Origin: Candidatus Iainarchaeum sp.
Lineage (GTDB): Archaea; Iainarchaeota; Iainarchaeia; Iainarchaeales; GCA-2688035
Direction of reading: 5' to 3'
Assembly: GCA_017610175.1 (NCBI GenBank)
Contig: JAFCCO010000001.1
Coordinates: 72,265-136,264, forward strand
DNA length: 64,000 bases
The notes beneath the pieces are model-generated. The model was not told the DNA's origin and made no database searches. It saw only the letters and a program-made list of their open reading frames with translations. Positions 8,697-17,786 of this stretch are shown here, in pieces. Each line of letters begins with the position of its first letter. The first letter of the stretch is position 1. The position numbers were made by a program, and so were the translations under genes.

Positions 8697-10097
8697 TCAC
8701 CCTTGGGTGGTTGGTTTGGCTTTTGCAGGCGACTTTGCACTCTTCTTCTTAATCAGATAGAATGCTGCGCCCGCAGCAACTGCGACACCAACTACAATAA
8801 TTAGGATGTTGTCAATCAGGAACTCTGTAATTTTAAACTTGCCTTTTTCCTCGCTTACAATCACATTGTATTCAAGTTCGCCCTCTGGAACATCTTTTCC
8901 AAATGCAACAAGCTCGTAGTTTCCTGGGTGAGGCTCGTTCATTTTAATCATGACCATGTTTTCATTTTTGACAAGAGTGTACTCTGATTCAGGAACAATG
9001 TTTCCTGCTCCATCCCTTAGTTTCAGGTCAAGCTCACTGCCCGGCCAGTTAAGTGTAATCAAGAGTTCCCCTGTGTCGTATCCGATTTGCAAAGTTCCAA
9101 TTACCTTTTCCTCTCCCTGCAAAATGGAACCAAGTGCCTTGAAAATAATTGAATTCCCTAATCCTGTGTGCCCACTGAGAATAAATGAGAGTGAAAGCTC
9201 GTTTGATGTTGCAGCAAAGTTGTAGCTTCCACCTGTGCTTTCCGCAAGCTCCTGCAAAAGCGCCTTGTCAACCTCGGCCTCAATCATTCCAAAACCGATT
9301 GTGTCAATCTTGACATTCTCTTTGCCAGCATTTTTGGAGTATATTTCAAGAATTGCTTCAGGGTCCCGGCCGGCATTCACTCTTCCATCTGAAAGAAGAA
9401 CAATGTTGACTTTGGATGAGGGAAGTGCCCCCTCCTTCCTTGTTTCAAAGGCTTCTTCAAGTCCTGATCCAATATTTGTCCCACCATATGCTTTAAGTGC
9501 ATCAATTCTCCCGCGAACAGCATTCAAGTCATAGGTTAGCTTGCTTCTTTCACTGCCTGATCCGCTGAAGCTTATAACGCCGGCGTGTGCATCAGTCCCA
9601 AAAACCTGCTCGGCAAGTTCCATCATGTTTATGAGATTTAATGCTGCCTTTTTTGCTGAAGAGAGTTTTGAAACACGGTATTCCTTTCCACTCTTTTCAA
9701 GGTCGTTCCGCATGGATTCCACAGTTCTTGAAAACTCATAGTTGGGGTTTTCCCTGCTCAGGTCAGGGATGTCTTTTTTGGTTTCGTCAAGCAAATCAAC
9801 AGAGCAGGAGCCGCATCCTGCAAAAAACTGGTTTTTTTCCTCGTCATTGAGGTCGTTTGCAAGGTTTGAAAGCGAAGTCCTGTAATTCTCAAGCTCTTCC
9901 TTTAACTCTTCTGGCAATTGCTCCATTTCAAGCGGAGAAGGGTATGTTGCCCAGTCCATGCTCCCTGAAACATCAATAACAAAAATAGCCATATTCTGAG
10001 GGATAGGGACAGGTGCAGTGTTTTCCTCTGCATAAGTGCCGACTGCAAGCAGGGCAGCAAATGCAATCAATAATGCAAGTAAAATAGTTCGCTTCAT
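8697..10097 (-). CDS. Secreted von Willebrand factor A (vWA) domain protein with C-terminal TM anchor
   Basis: 466 aa; signal peptide; MIDAS motif VIDVSGSMDW; C-terminal ILIIVVGVAVAAGAAFYLIKKKSAKSPAKAKP. Confidence 0.75.
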   Translation of the reverse strand: MKRTILLALLIAFAALLAVGTYAEENTAPVPIPQNMAIFVIDVSGSMDWATYPSPLEMEQLPEELKEELENYRTSLSNLANDLNDEEKNQFFAGCGSCSVDLLDETKKDIPDLSRENPNYEFSRTVESMRNDLEKSGKEYRVSKLSSAKKAALNLINMMELAEQVFGTDAHAGVISFSGSGSERSKLTYDLNAVRGRIDALKAYGGTNIGSGLEEAFETRKEGALPSSKVNIVLLSDGRVNAGRDPEAILEIYSKNAGKENVKIDTIGFGMIEAEVDKALLQELAESTGGSYNFAATSNELSLSFILSGHTGLGNSIIFKALGSILQGEEKVIGTLQIGYDTGELLITLNWPGSELDLKLRDGAGNIVPESEYTLVKNENMVMIKMNEPHPGNYELVAFGKDVPEGELEYNVIVSEEKGKFKITEFLIDNILIIVVGVAVAAGAAFYLIKKKSAKSPAKAKPTTQG

Positions 10098-10151
10098 TCG
10101 GTTAAATTAAATGCGAAGCTGCTATTTAAAGCTTGCTAAAGAAAAAAAGAG

Positions 10152-10280
10152 TCCCTCCTCCCGGATTTGCACCGGGGACCCCTCGGTAACCGCTTTTTTC
10201 GCGGCAGCCATTTGGCGCGCTTCCTTGCGGGAGTATCAAAAATCTACAGCCGAGTGCTCTAACTACTGAGCTAAGGAGGG
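10152..10280 (-). tRNA. tRNA-Tyr (anticodon GTA) with an approximately 56-nt intron 3' of position 37
   Basis: Acceptor CCCTCCT/AGGAGGG with archaeal C1-G72; D stem GCTC/GAGC; anticodon stem CTCGG/CCGAG (loop CTGTAGA) only closes if about 56 nt are spliced out at the canonical 37/38 site; T arm CCCGG-TGCAAAT-CCGGG; discriminator A. Confidence 0.8.
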
Positions 10281-10305
10281 CTAATGAAATAAGTTCGCAC
10301 AACGG

Positions 10306-10312
10306 TTTTAAA
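10306..10312 (-). promoter_or_regulatory. TATA box (TTTAAAA on minus strand) about 26-32 nt upstream of tRNA-Tyr 5' end
   Basis: Minus strand reads aaacTTTAAAAccgttgtgcgaacttatttcattag then the tRNA; canonical archaeal spacing. Confidence 0.45.
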
Positions 10313-10314
10313 GT

Positions 10315-11220
10315 TTATTGCTTGCCTTTTTGCCCCACTTTTTCCCAAAGCAGGGGGAAAGCAAAGCTAATCCAGAAGCCCAAGAAAAGCAATGCAACAA
10401 AGACCGCGGTTGAAACCTCTCCCTGGAGTGAAAGAACTCCGTTCGGGGAAGCAAGCACCGCAGCTCCAAGAATTGCAGCAGAACCAATTCCCCCTGCCGC
10501 AAGCTTTGGCAAGCTCTTTGCAAGGCTCTCAGCCACTGCATCCATCTCAAGCTCCCTTGCGAGAAAGTAACCAACGTAATAGCCAAGCAAAATTGCGATA
10601 AGCGGAAACTCCTTAAGCAAACTTAATGCAAGCAATCCTGCCGCAAGCAACCCTGCAATGGCCAAACTGTCCTCAAACTTTGTTGGAACAAAGTGGGCGT
10701 GCCGTGTTTCCTTGTTAATCCACAGAAGCCCAAGCCCTGCAACAACCCCAATTCCCGCCCCTGCAATAACATCGCTTGGGAAGTGTGCGCCAAGGTAGAG
10801 CCTTGAAAAGGCTACAAGCGGAACCGCAATCAACAGCAGCACTCCCGCTCTCTTGTCCAGGAATTTGCGCCAGTATGCCCATGCCGCGGCAATCACTGCA
10901 GTGTGCCCTGAGGGAAAGGAGAATCCAATATATGTGTCCTTTGCAATTACATTGAAAATTGCGGCACTGGGTCTTGGTGTTGCAGCAATGTGCTTTAGCG
11001 CGCCGGTTATTGCTCCCGCAAACAGCACTATGTTCATTGCATTAAATGCCTTATGCTCTCTGCCGCTCCACTGAAGTACTGCCGCAACAATTATCCAAAA
11101 AATCGGGTTTCCAAGAAAAGTTACTGCAAGCATTGCCTCCGCAAGAAACGGGAGCTGAATTGACTGCACTGCGTAAAGCAGGCTTGTATCCAGCAAATGC
11201 AATGCTTCAAGAAAAGGCAT
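10315..11220 (-). CDS. PAP2-family membrane phosphatase (phosphatidic acid phosphatase type 2 superfamily)
   Basis: 301 aa; three PAP2 motifs KHIAATPRP, PSGHT, SRLYLGAHFPSDV. Confidence 0.8.
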   Translation of the reverse strand: MPFLEALHLLDTSLLYAVQSIQLPFLAEAMLAVTFLGNPIFWIIVAAVLQWSGREHKAFNAMNIVLFAGAITGALKHIAATPRPSAAIFNVIAKDTYIGFSFPSGHTAVIAAAWAYWRKFLDKRAGVLLLIAVPLVAFSRLYLGAHFPSDVIAGAGIGVVAGLGLLWINKETRHAHFVPTKFEDSLAIAGLLAAGLLALSLLKEFPLIAILLGYYVGYFLARELEMDAVAESLAKSLPKLAAGGIGSAAILGAAVLASPNGVLSLQGEVSTAVFVALLFLGFWISFAFPLLWEKVGQKGKQ

Positions 11221-11221
11221 T

Positions 11222-11662
11222 TTATCCCTTCTTTTTCTTGACCCTCTTCATGCCGGGAACGTCAACTTGACTGTAGTCAGCCATCAGGCCGCATCCTTTC
11301 AGAACCTTTCTTGTTGCGTAAACCTTGCAGAACTGCGCAAGTTCCTTTTGCTCGTTTTTTTGGAGCTCGGGCAAAGTGGAAATTTCCTTTATTGCCGCTG
11401 AAACAGTCCGCTTGTTTACTCCCTTCAAAGCGGTGGCGATTTCTTCCTCGGATTTTCCCAAAGTAATTTCCGCCAATGCGGCGTCAACCTTTTTCAGGTC
11501 AACAATTTTTCTTAGGTTGCTTTCCATTTTGTTGTCAAAGCTCAATCCAAGGGATGCAATAAATTCCATAACCATTTTCGGACCTGTCTTTTCCTCAATC
11601 TTTAGTTTTTTAATTACCGTCCAATCCTCGTAGTTTGCAATAAACTGAATAATTTCTTCCAT
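11222..11662 (-). CDS. Hypothetical protein (possible HTH-containing), basic C-terminal tail
   Basis: 146 aa ORF, no recognisable catalytic motif; ends MKRVKKKKG. Confidence 0.35.
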   Translation of the reverse strand: MEEIIQFIANYEDWTVIKKLKIEEKTGPKMVMEFIASLGLSFDNKMESNLRKIVDLKKVDAALAEITLGKSEEEIATALKGVNKRTVSAAIKEISTLPELQKNEQKELAQFCKVYATRKVLKGCGLMADYSQVDVPGMKRVKKKKG

Positions 11663-11675
11663 TCCAATTCCTCCT

Positions 11676-12101
11676 TTAATTTTTTAACTTAAGTTTTTCC
11701 TCAATTTTCCTTCCAATCAGCAAAACCGCTTCAATCAAAACGGTTGCCGCAACCGCCAGAATATAGTAACCCAATCCGATTGTAATCCCGATTATTGCAA
11801 CAGCCCAAAGGTTTGCAGCACTTGTAATTCCGTAAACTCCCTCTCTTTCGCGAAAAATAACTCCTGCCCCAATGAATCCGACTCCTGTAACTATTCCTGC
11901 AAGAATGTGGCCCATGTGCCCCTGCGGGCTAAGGGAGATTGCAGCAAATCCAACCGCGGTAAACAAGGTGGTTGCAATGCACACAACTGCGTGTGTTCTT
12001 ATTCCGGCGGGCTTGTCCTTAACTGCTCTCTCAAATCCAATCATGCTGCCAAGCAATGCGGCAAGTGCAATCTGCAGCACAACAGTTGTTTCCGAAATCA
12101 T
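11676..12101 (-). CDS. MgtC/SapB-family membrane protein
   Basis: 141 aa; LGSMIGFERAVKDKPAGIRTHAVVCIATTLF matches the MgtC N-terminal core. Confidence 0.8.
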   Translation of the reverse strand: MISETTVVLQIALAALLGSMIGFERAVKDKPAGIRTHAVVCIATTLFTAVGFAAISLSPQGHMGHILAGIVTGVGFIGAGVIFREREGVYGITSAANLWAVAIIGITIGLGYYILAVAATVLIEAVLLIGRKIEEKLKLKN

Positions 12102-12158
12102 AAAATCATACTTAATATGGAATTTCTAGTATTTAAATCTATTAATTGAATCAGAAAA

Positions 12159-12230
12159 AGCCCTCGATGGGATTTGAACCCATGACCTGCTGCTTACAAG
12201 GCAGCTGCTCTACCACTGAGCTACGAGGGC
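12159..12230 (-). tRNA. tRNA-Thr (anticodon TGT)
   Basis: rc = GCCCTCG-TA-GCTCAGTGGTAGAGC-A-GCTGC-CTTGTAA-GCAGC-AGGTC-ATGGG-TTCAAAT-CCCAT-CGAGGGC-T; cloverleaf fully paired. Confidence 0.85.
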
Positions 12231-12290
12231 AATTGGTATAACAAGTAGTTTTTGATAAGAATTTAAAAGCTATGCAGTAGAATTGAATTA

Positions 12291-12926
12291 ATGAAAATAG
12301 GCTGCTTTTCGTTTAAATGCAGTGAATGCTGCAAGCGGTACTGGATTACGCTGCTTCCCTATGAAGCAAAGCGCATTGCAGAAAAGCTTTCCCTCCCCTT
12401 GGACGAGTTTATTGAAAAAAAATGCGTGCTTGTTGCATTTCTTTACGCAAGAAAAAGCAGTGGAGAAAAGCTTTCAATTTCAAGCAACAGGCTTCCCGCA
12501 AAGATTGCTTCCTTTGCAGAGCAGGAATTTGGAACAGTGCCCAACGCATTCCTGCTGCTTCCGGTTCTTGCGCTGAACAGGAACTCAAAGGGCTGGTGTT
12601 CAATGCTGAAGAGGGGGCGCTGCGAGGTTCACAATGTCGCGCCCGTAATCTGCCAGCTCTTTCCGTCCATTGCGGTAAGCAAGAGAACCCTTCGCAAAGT
12701 CTACCCCTTCTGTGCCGCGCTAAAGCAGGAAAAGTTTGACCACTCACTTGGATTGCTTGACGAAAAGCAAAAGCTGCGAATCGACAAATACTTTGAGCAG
12801 GTTAAGAAAAAAGGGTTTTTAAAAATCTGGAAAACTCTTCCCTCCAAAGCGATTGTTTTGGTTGAGGGGAAAAAAGAGCTTGCTGTTTCAAAAAAGCAGT
12901 TTCTCGAATTACTTGGTTTCAATTAA
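12291..12926 (+). CDS. YkgJ-family (CxxCxxCC) putative zinc/Fe-S binding protein
   Basis: 211 aa; N-terminal CFSFKCSECCKRYW cysteine cluster typical of UPF0153/YkgJ; TATA-like atttaaaag about 22 nt upstream. Confidence 0.6.
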   Translation: MKIGCFSFKCSECCKRYWITLLPYEAKRIAEKLSLPLDEFIEKKCVLVAFLYARKSSGEKLSISSNRLPAKIASFAEQEFGTVPNAFLLLPVLALNRNSKGWCSMLKRGRCEVHNVAPVICQLFPSIAVSKRTLRKVYPFCAALKQEKFDHSLGLLDEKQKLRIDKYFEQVKKKGFLKIWKTLPSKAIVLVEGKKELAVSKKQFLELLGFN

Positions 12927-13511
12927 TTTCTTTGCAGGCCTTTCATTCCGCAAATTCATTTTTTCGCGGACTTCCTCAAGATTCACCTTTGTGTCCTTGC
13001 AGCCGTCGTACAAAAGCAGTGCAGTCTGTGGCGAAACCTCTGTTCCCTGGAGGACATCAAAAGCCATGTTTGCTTCATTATAGCAGGCAACCCCCAGAAT
13101 TGCCTTTGGCTTGTATTTCTTTATAATCTTGTAAACCATGCTTCCGCCGGGGCAGATAAAAACCTTCCCAAATCCATTTTCCTCTGCAAGCAAAATCAAA
13201 GCCGGAATCTGGCACTTTCCGCACTTCTTGCACTGCAATCCATCTTCATTGTATTCCGCAATGCATTCCTTGCTGTTTCTCAGGCAATGCGGCAAAAACA
13301 GGAACCTTTCCTTGTTTGGGATTCGCTTGTAGCCGTATTCGTTCATCTTGTTTCTAAGCTCAATATGGGTGTAGCTGATAAGCCTTTCGCTCAACCCGAA
13401 TTTTTTTGCAATGGCCTCTGTTGTCTCAGCCACGTTCAGGTGAGTGGTCTTGTCCACCAGCTTACCGATTTGTTCCTTTATGCGCAGGTTAATTGCAGCC
13501 ATGTTTCCCAC
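12909..13511 (-). CDS. DUF116-like cysteine-containing protein
   Basis: 200 aa; LPHCL...CKKCGKC...ICPGGSM...AILGVACYNE pattern resembles DUF116 family; convergent 18-nt overlap with previous gene. Confidence 0.5.
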   Translation of the reverse strand: MGNMAAINLRIKEQIGKLVDKTTHLNVAETTEAIAKKFGLSERLISYTHIELRNKMNEYGYKRIPNKERFLFLPHCLRNSKECIAEYNEDGLQCKKCGKCQIPALILLAEENGFGKVFICPGGSMVYKIIKKYKPKAILGVACYNEANMAFDVLQGTEVSPQTALLLYDGCKDTKVNLEEVREKMNLRNERPAKKLIETK

Positions 13512-13543
13512 TAAAAAAAAGGTTGCAAAAGCGTTAAAAACAG

Positions 13544-13789
13544 CTACATTCCTGCAACAAGCCTGTCCTTTTCAGCCCGTGTAAATTGCTTTATTTTGTG
13601 CTCGCGCTTCATAGCCAAGCTTCTGCTTTCAATTTCCTCTGAATAAACAAGCCTTACAGGCCGCCTTCGCTTTGTATACTTTGCCCCGGCGCCCTTGTTG
13701 TGCGCCTCAACCCTTTTTTTCAAATCATTTGTCCAGCCGCAGTAAAGGCTTTTGTCCCTGCATTCCACAAGGTAAACGTAGAAAGGCAT
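13544..13789 (-). CDS. GIY-YIG nuclease-family protein (UPF0213/YhbQ-like)
   Basis: 81 aa; YVYLVECRDKSLYCGWTNDLKKRVEAHN is the GIY-YIG core. Confidence 0.8.
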   Translation of the reverse strand: MPFYVYLVECRDKSLYCGWTNDLKKRVEAHNKGAGAKYTKRRRPVRLVYSEEIESRSLAMKREHKIKQFTRAEKDRLVAGM

Positions 13790-14383
13790 TCAAAACGTTC
13801 TCTCAAAGTCCCTAATTCCCCTGATTCCAACGCTCCAAGCATCTTTCCCAATTGCAAATTCCTTTTTCTTTTTCTTGATTTGAATAAGCCTGCTTTCGGT
13901 CTCGCTTAATTTCCAAACAAGCTCTGCCTTGTGTGTTAAATCCACAATAAAGCGTTCTCCCCCCAACTTGACCACTGAGTAACTGTGTGTTCCAATTCTC
14001 ACAAAGGACGCCGGAATTCCCCTGGCGCGCAAAGCGGCGGTCATTGCAATGGTGAAGTCAAGGCAGCCGATACTTTGAACTCCGGAAAGTTTTCCCTTGA
14101 GTGCAAAAACTTTTCCCGATGAAAGGATTTGCTCTGCGGTTCTTCTGGAATAGGATTCTGAAAACTGTTTTCCCTTAACCTTTACTACTTTCAGGTTTGT
14201 CAGCATTGCCTTTGCCATATGCCTTACAAGCTCAGCCGATGGCTTCCCAGGAAAGCGTGCGGCAAACGCCCTTAGTGCAGGGCCGGGTCTTGACTGTGGC
14301 CCTGGCTTTAGCACCCGCCTTCTTGCAACCGGCTTCCTAATGGGCTTTGCAGCAGTCTTTCCCATAATTCTTTTCTTCTTCAC
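13790..14383 (-). CDS. Transglutaminase-like cysteine protease fold protein with basic N-terminal tail
   Basis: 197 aa; GCLDFTIAMTAALRARGIPASFVRIGTHSYSVVKLGGERFIVDLTH gives a Cys...His...Asp arrangement like the transglutaminase-like core; N-terminus is Lys/Arg/Pro rich. Confidence 0.45.
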   Translation of the reverse strand: MKKKRIMGKTAAKPIRKPVARRRVLKPGPQSRPGPALRAFAARFPGKPSAELVRHMAKAMLTNLKVVKVKGKQFSESYSRRTAEQILSSGKVFALKGKLSGVQSIGCLDFTIAMTAALRARGIPASFVRIGTHSYSVVKLGGERFIVDLTHKAELVWKLSETESRLIQIKKKKKEFAIGKDAWSVGIRGIRDFERTF

Positions 14384-14387
14384 AGCA

Positions 14388-14918
14388 TCACCTTCGCCTT
14401 ACACTATGGGTCCTTTTCCTAATCCTCTCAATTTCGGTGGCAATCGGAACAGCTTTTCCCACAACAGTTCCCCTTTTTCTCACCTGCTCAAGCCTCTTTT
14501 TGGTGTTGTTTGCTCTAGCCGGTCTGATTGAATATCCTTTGAATCTTTTTCTCAAATCCCTCAAGGCCTTCACTTCTGCAAGCGCGGCAAGTCCCTTTCC
14601 CCTGAGCTGGTTCTTTATCCCTGTGGAAAGGGGAGAAGCCCTTGAAATAGGGTAATATGCGCCAACCTCAATAAGCTTGTCTTTTGGGTGAACAACAAAC
14701 TTAATGTGCCCCAAAAATGCCCCTGCAACAGGAGTTTGTGCTGCAATGGATTTAAGGGTGCCATTGATTGTGTGGTTTGAAATAAAAATGCCTTTTTTGC
14801 CTGGCTTGTGCCTCCCAATCTTCAAGTCATATCCCATTTTCAGGGACTTTTCTGCATTGTGCAATTCCGACGGCTGGATGGGTTGGATATAAATCCCCCA
14901 AATCTGTTCCCCTGCCAT
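14388..14918 (-). CDS. Hypothetical protein with strongly basic C-terminal half
   Basis: 176 aa ORF in tight tandem with the two downstream genes; C-terminus KRLEQVRKRGTVVGKAVPIATEIERIRKRTHSVRRR; no assignable motif. Confidence 0.35.
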   Translation of the reverse strand: MAGEQIWGIYIQPIQPSELHNAEKSLKMGYDLKIGRHKPGKKGIFISNHTINGTLKSIAAQTPVAGAFLGHIKFVVHPKDKLIEVGAYYPISRASPLSTGIKNQLRGKGLAALAEVKALRDLRKRFKGYSIRPARANNTKKRLEQVRKRGTVVGKAVPIATEIERIRKRTHSVRRR

Positions 14919-15084
14919 ACTAAAAGAAGCGCTTTTGGGCTTATTAATTATTGGGGCTTGGAAAACAGCCTTTGTTTACCCTTTAAAATGCTTTCGATTT
15001 ATCTATTATGTATACGAAAAGGAAAGGAAACTCTATTTTTTTCTTAAATGAAGAACAAGCCGCTTCGAGCGGAATAGCGTTTTT

Positions 15085-16242
15085 TTGCCTTTTGCACAAA
15101 ACAAATACCTTCTTAGAAGGCAAAAGGAGTTGAATAATTTGAAATTCGAAGAACTAGACATATGTAAGACCCTTAAGATGGCAATCCACCAAAAGGGTTT
15201 TGAAGAGCCATCAGACGTGCAGGCACAGGTAATTCCTGTTGCACTCAATGGAAAGGACATTGTGGGAAAGTCAAAGACCGGAACAGGAAAAACCGCGGCA
15301 TTTGCAATCCCACTGATTGAATTGATTAAGCCAAGGCAGGCTTTTTCAGCATTGATAATTACTCCCACAAGGGAACTTGCTCTCCAGGTAAAAGAGGAAG
15401 TTGTTTCCCTTGCAAAGGGAAGCGGGCTAAGCGCTGTAGCCGTTTTTGGCGGAGACAGTGTCTCAAAGCAGGCACAGCTTTTAAGGCGCAAGCCTGAAAT
15501 AATTGTTGGAACACCGGGAAGGCTTCTTGACTTCATTTCAAGGGGCAACCTTAACTTTTCAAAAACAGGGTTCCTTGTTCTTGACGAGGCAGACAGAATG
15601 TTTGACATGGGTTTTAGGGACGACATTGAGAAAATAATTTCTTACACCCCAAAACACAGGCAGACAATGCTTTTCTCGGCAACAATGCCCAGCTCAATCC
15701 AAAACATGATTGACACCCACCTGAAGGATGACAAGGTTTTCTTCAACTTGAGCGAGGACGATTCACCTGTTGACGAGGTTGAGCAGTACTACATTATGCT
15801 TGACAAAAGGCACAAGATTAATGCCTTGCAGGACATAATTGGCTGGGACCAAAACGCAAAAACACTTGTTTTCTGCAGAACCAAGAGAACGGTTGACTGG
15901 CTGGAGGAACAGCTCTTAAGGCGCGGAATTCAGGCCTTGCCGCTTCACGGCGACAAAAGGCAGAGCGCAAGAAATTCAATTCTCCAAAAGTTTAAGAGAT
16001 CAAGGGGCGGAGTTTTGATTGCAACAGACATTGTGGCAAGAGGAATCCACGTTGACGACATAGGGCATGTTGTAAACTTTGACTTCCCGGAAGAGCCTGA
16101 AACCTACATCCACAGGATTGGAAGAACAGCAAGGCAGGGAAAAAGAGGGCTTGCAGTAAGCTTTTGCGCAAATGTGCGCGAACTCGAGGACTTAAAGAGG
16201 CTTGCTGAAGAGCGAAACGCAGATATACGAGAACTGCGTTAA
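15085..16242 (+). CDS. DEAD-box ATP-dependent RNA helicase
   Basis: Q motif (PSDVQAQ), motif I GKSKTGTGKTAAF, PTRELA, DEAD (VLDEADRM), SAT, HGD, ARGIHVDDIGHVVNFD, HRIGRTARQG. Likely true start is TTG at 15139 (MKFEELDI...) preceded by aaggag at 15124-15129. Confidence 0.9.
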   Translation: MPFAQNKYLLRRQKELNNLKFEELDICKTLKMAIHQKGFEEPSDVQAQVIPVALNGKDIVGKSKTGTGKTAAFAIPLIELIKPRQAFSALIITPTRELALQVKEEVVSLAKGSGLSAVAVFGGDSVSKQAQLLRRKPEIIVGTPGRLLDFISRGNLNFSKTGFLVLDEADRMFDMGFRDDIEKIISYTPKHRQTMLFSATMPSSIQNMIDTHLKDDKVFFNLSEDDSPVDEVEQYYIMLDKRHKINALQDIIGWDQNAKTLVFCRTKRTVDWLEEQLLRRGIQALPLHGDKRQSARNSILQKFKRSRGGVLIATDIVARGIHVDDIGHVVNFDFPEEPETYIHRIGRTARQGKRGLAVSFCANVRELEDLKRLAEERNADIRELR

Positions 16243-16245
16243 TAG

Positions 16246-16659
16246 TTGGAGGAATTTAAAATGATTGAAGTTGAACAAGACACACATGCAAGGGTTGTTG
16301 AAAAGCCCTGCATCTCCATTTCCATTAGCGGAAAGGATTTGGTTAAGAGAATCTTAACCAACTTTAAGGGCGTTCCAGACCCTGAAGCATTGAAGCAAAC
16401 CGATTTCATCGGCCTGCGCTTTGCAAAGGGAGTAACCGGAGAGGAACTCTTAACGGTTTACGGGGACCAGAACACCTTTGGATTCAAGTGCCCAAACAAG
16501 ACATTTGACACAGTCCACAGCCTGATGAAGGAAGAGCGAGGAGACGTAAAGCAAACCGTTCTCAACAAGAGCGGAAACTACGTCAGCCACGCAACCGAAA
16601 AAGAATGGAAAGAGCAGTGCAAGAAAAACAAGACTCCCTGGCTTGTTCCAAGGAAGTAA
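16246..16659 (+). CDS. Hypothetical protein
   Basis: 137 aa ORF immediately after helicase, no recognisable motif. Confidence 0.35.
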   Translation: MEEFKMIEVEQDTHARVVEKPCISISISGKDLVKRILTNFKGVPDPEALKQTDFIGLRFAKGVTGEELLTVYGDQNTFGFKCPNKTFDTVHSLMKEERGDVKQTVLNKSGNYVSHATEKEWKEQCKKNKTPWLVPRK

Positions 16660-16730
16660 ACGGTTTACGCTAATTCAGCCCTTAAGTTAAGCCTGAGTTT
16701 CCGGCTTATCTTTTGGCTACTTTTTTTTAT

Positions 16731-17411
16731 TCACTTAATTCTTCTTGCAGCGCCCTTGTGAACAAGCTGGCTTGCAAACATTTTTACGTTTCTAAACCTT
16801 GGCAGTTTTTGGGCTTTTTTGGCTTTGCGCGTATGCGTAACTCCTCCCAAGTGAACTTGAAGGGGCTTGCCGAACTTTCGCTTAAATACGTCGTAAAAGA
16901 ATACTGATGTGCCATAGGCAGGGCTTTTTGCAAGGTGCTTAATTACCTTTGGGTCTTTAAGAACCGCAGCCAAGTCTGCTGCATTGTAGGCCCTTTGCCC
17001 ACTGCTTTGAATCCTAATGCTTTTTGCCCAGCGGCTTTTCCCCCTGGTAAAATGCGGCAATACACCCACAGCCAAATGGCCGGCTCTTGCGTTTTTGACA
17101 AGGCCCTCAATATGCTTTTTGTTTAAATTTGCAATGTCCGCGTCAAGTGTTACCACAACGCCTGCCTTTCTTTCAAAAGCGTGATTGAAACCGGTTAGCA
17201 GGCCCTCTTTCAAGCCGGTTTTCCGATTCTCAATTACTGAAACACCCTCAAACCCGCGCGTTAATTTCCCAAGGTTGTCCCTTGAGTGGTCGTTTACAAC
17301 AACTATGTCAACGCGCTCTTTTGAGCCCCTCTTAAAATCCTGCACTGCCTCTAAGACCTTGCCGATGCGGGAAGCCTCGTTTTTGCAGGGAATGATTATG
17401 CAAACGCTCAT
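16731..17411 (-). CDS. Family 2 glycosyltransferase (GT2; dolichyl-phosphate sugar synthase-like)
   Basis: 226 aa; IIIPCKNEA...VVVNDHSRD...TLDADI motifs. Confidence 0.7.
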   Translation of the reverse strand: MSVCIIIPCKNEASRIGKVLEAVQDFKRGSKERVDIVVVNDHSRDNLGKLTRGFEGVSVIENRKTGLKEGLLTGFNHAFERKAGVVVTLDADIANLNKKHIEGLVKNARAGHLAVGVLPHFTRGKSRWAKSIRIQSSGQRAYNAADLAAVLKDPKVIKHLAKSPAYGTSVFFYDVFKRKFGKPLQVHLGGVTHTRKAKKAQKLPRFRNVKMFASQLVHKGAARRIK

Positions 17412-17457
17412 GCATATACTAACTTTTTTGTAATTTATACTTAGTAGGGATTGAAAG

Positions 17458-17530
17458 TGCCCTGGCCGGGATTCGAACCCGAATCACTGCCTTGAGAGGG
17501 CAGAATGCTTAACCGTTACACTACCGGGGC
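17458..17530 (-). tRNA. tRNA-Glu (anticodon CTC)
   Basis: rc = GCCCCGG-TA-GTGTAACGGTTAAGCAT-T-CTGCC-CTCTCAA-GGCAG-TGAT-TCGGG-TTCGAAT-CCCGG-CCAGGGC-A; one C5:A68 mismatch in acceptor stem. Confidence 0.75.
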
Positions 17531-17786
17531 AACTAAAAGAATTCGTTGGTAAATATTCTTTTAAATGAATTAATTTATAAGTCTTAGCAGTAATGATGCA
17601 AAAGCAATGCTTTTGCGTCAAGCGAAAACAATGTTTTCGCAGTGATGAACAGGCTGAGGACTGACTGCCTTGAAGCGATGTTTCAGGCGGAATGACGACG
17701 ATAATGAGTTCTGAGAATTTTGGGTGGGAAACCAATTGGTTTCCCCCTTCAAAGTTCACCCTGTTTGTCTGAACGGTGCGAAAAAA

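Noticed and set aside
10141-10290. Initial reading of the 10.2-kb tRNA as tRNA-His because of a G preceding the acceptor stem
   Set aside because: Anticodon is GTA and position 1 is C pairing with G72 (archaeal Tyr identity); the real tRNA-His with G-1 is at 25600..25672.
12161-12290. Possible promoter for tRNA-Thr(TGT) on the minus strand
   Set aside because: The only TATA-like element (atttaaaag around 12261-12269) is better positioned for the plus-strand YkgJ gene; spacing to the tRNA is off, so no confident tRNA promoter call.
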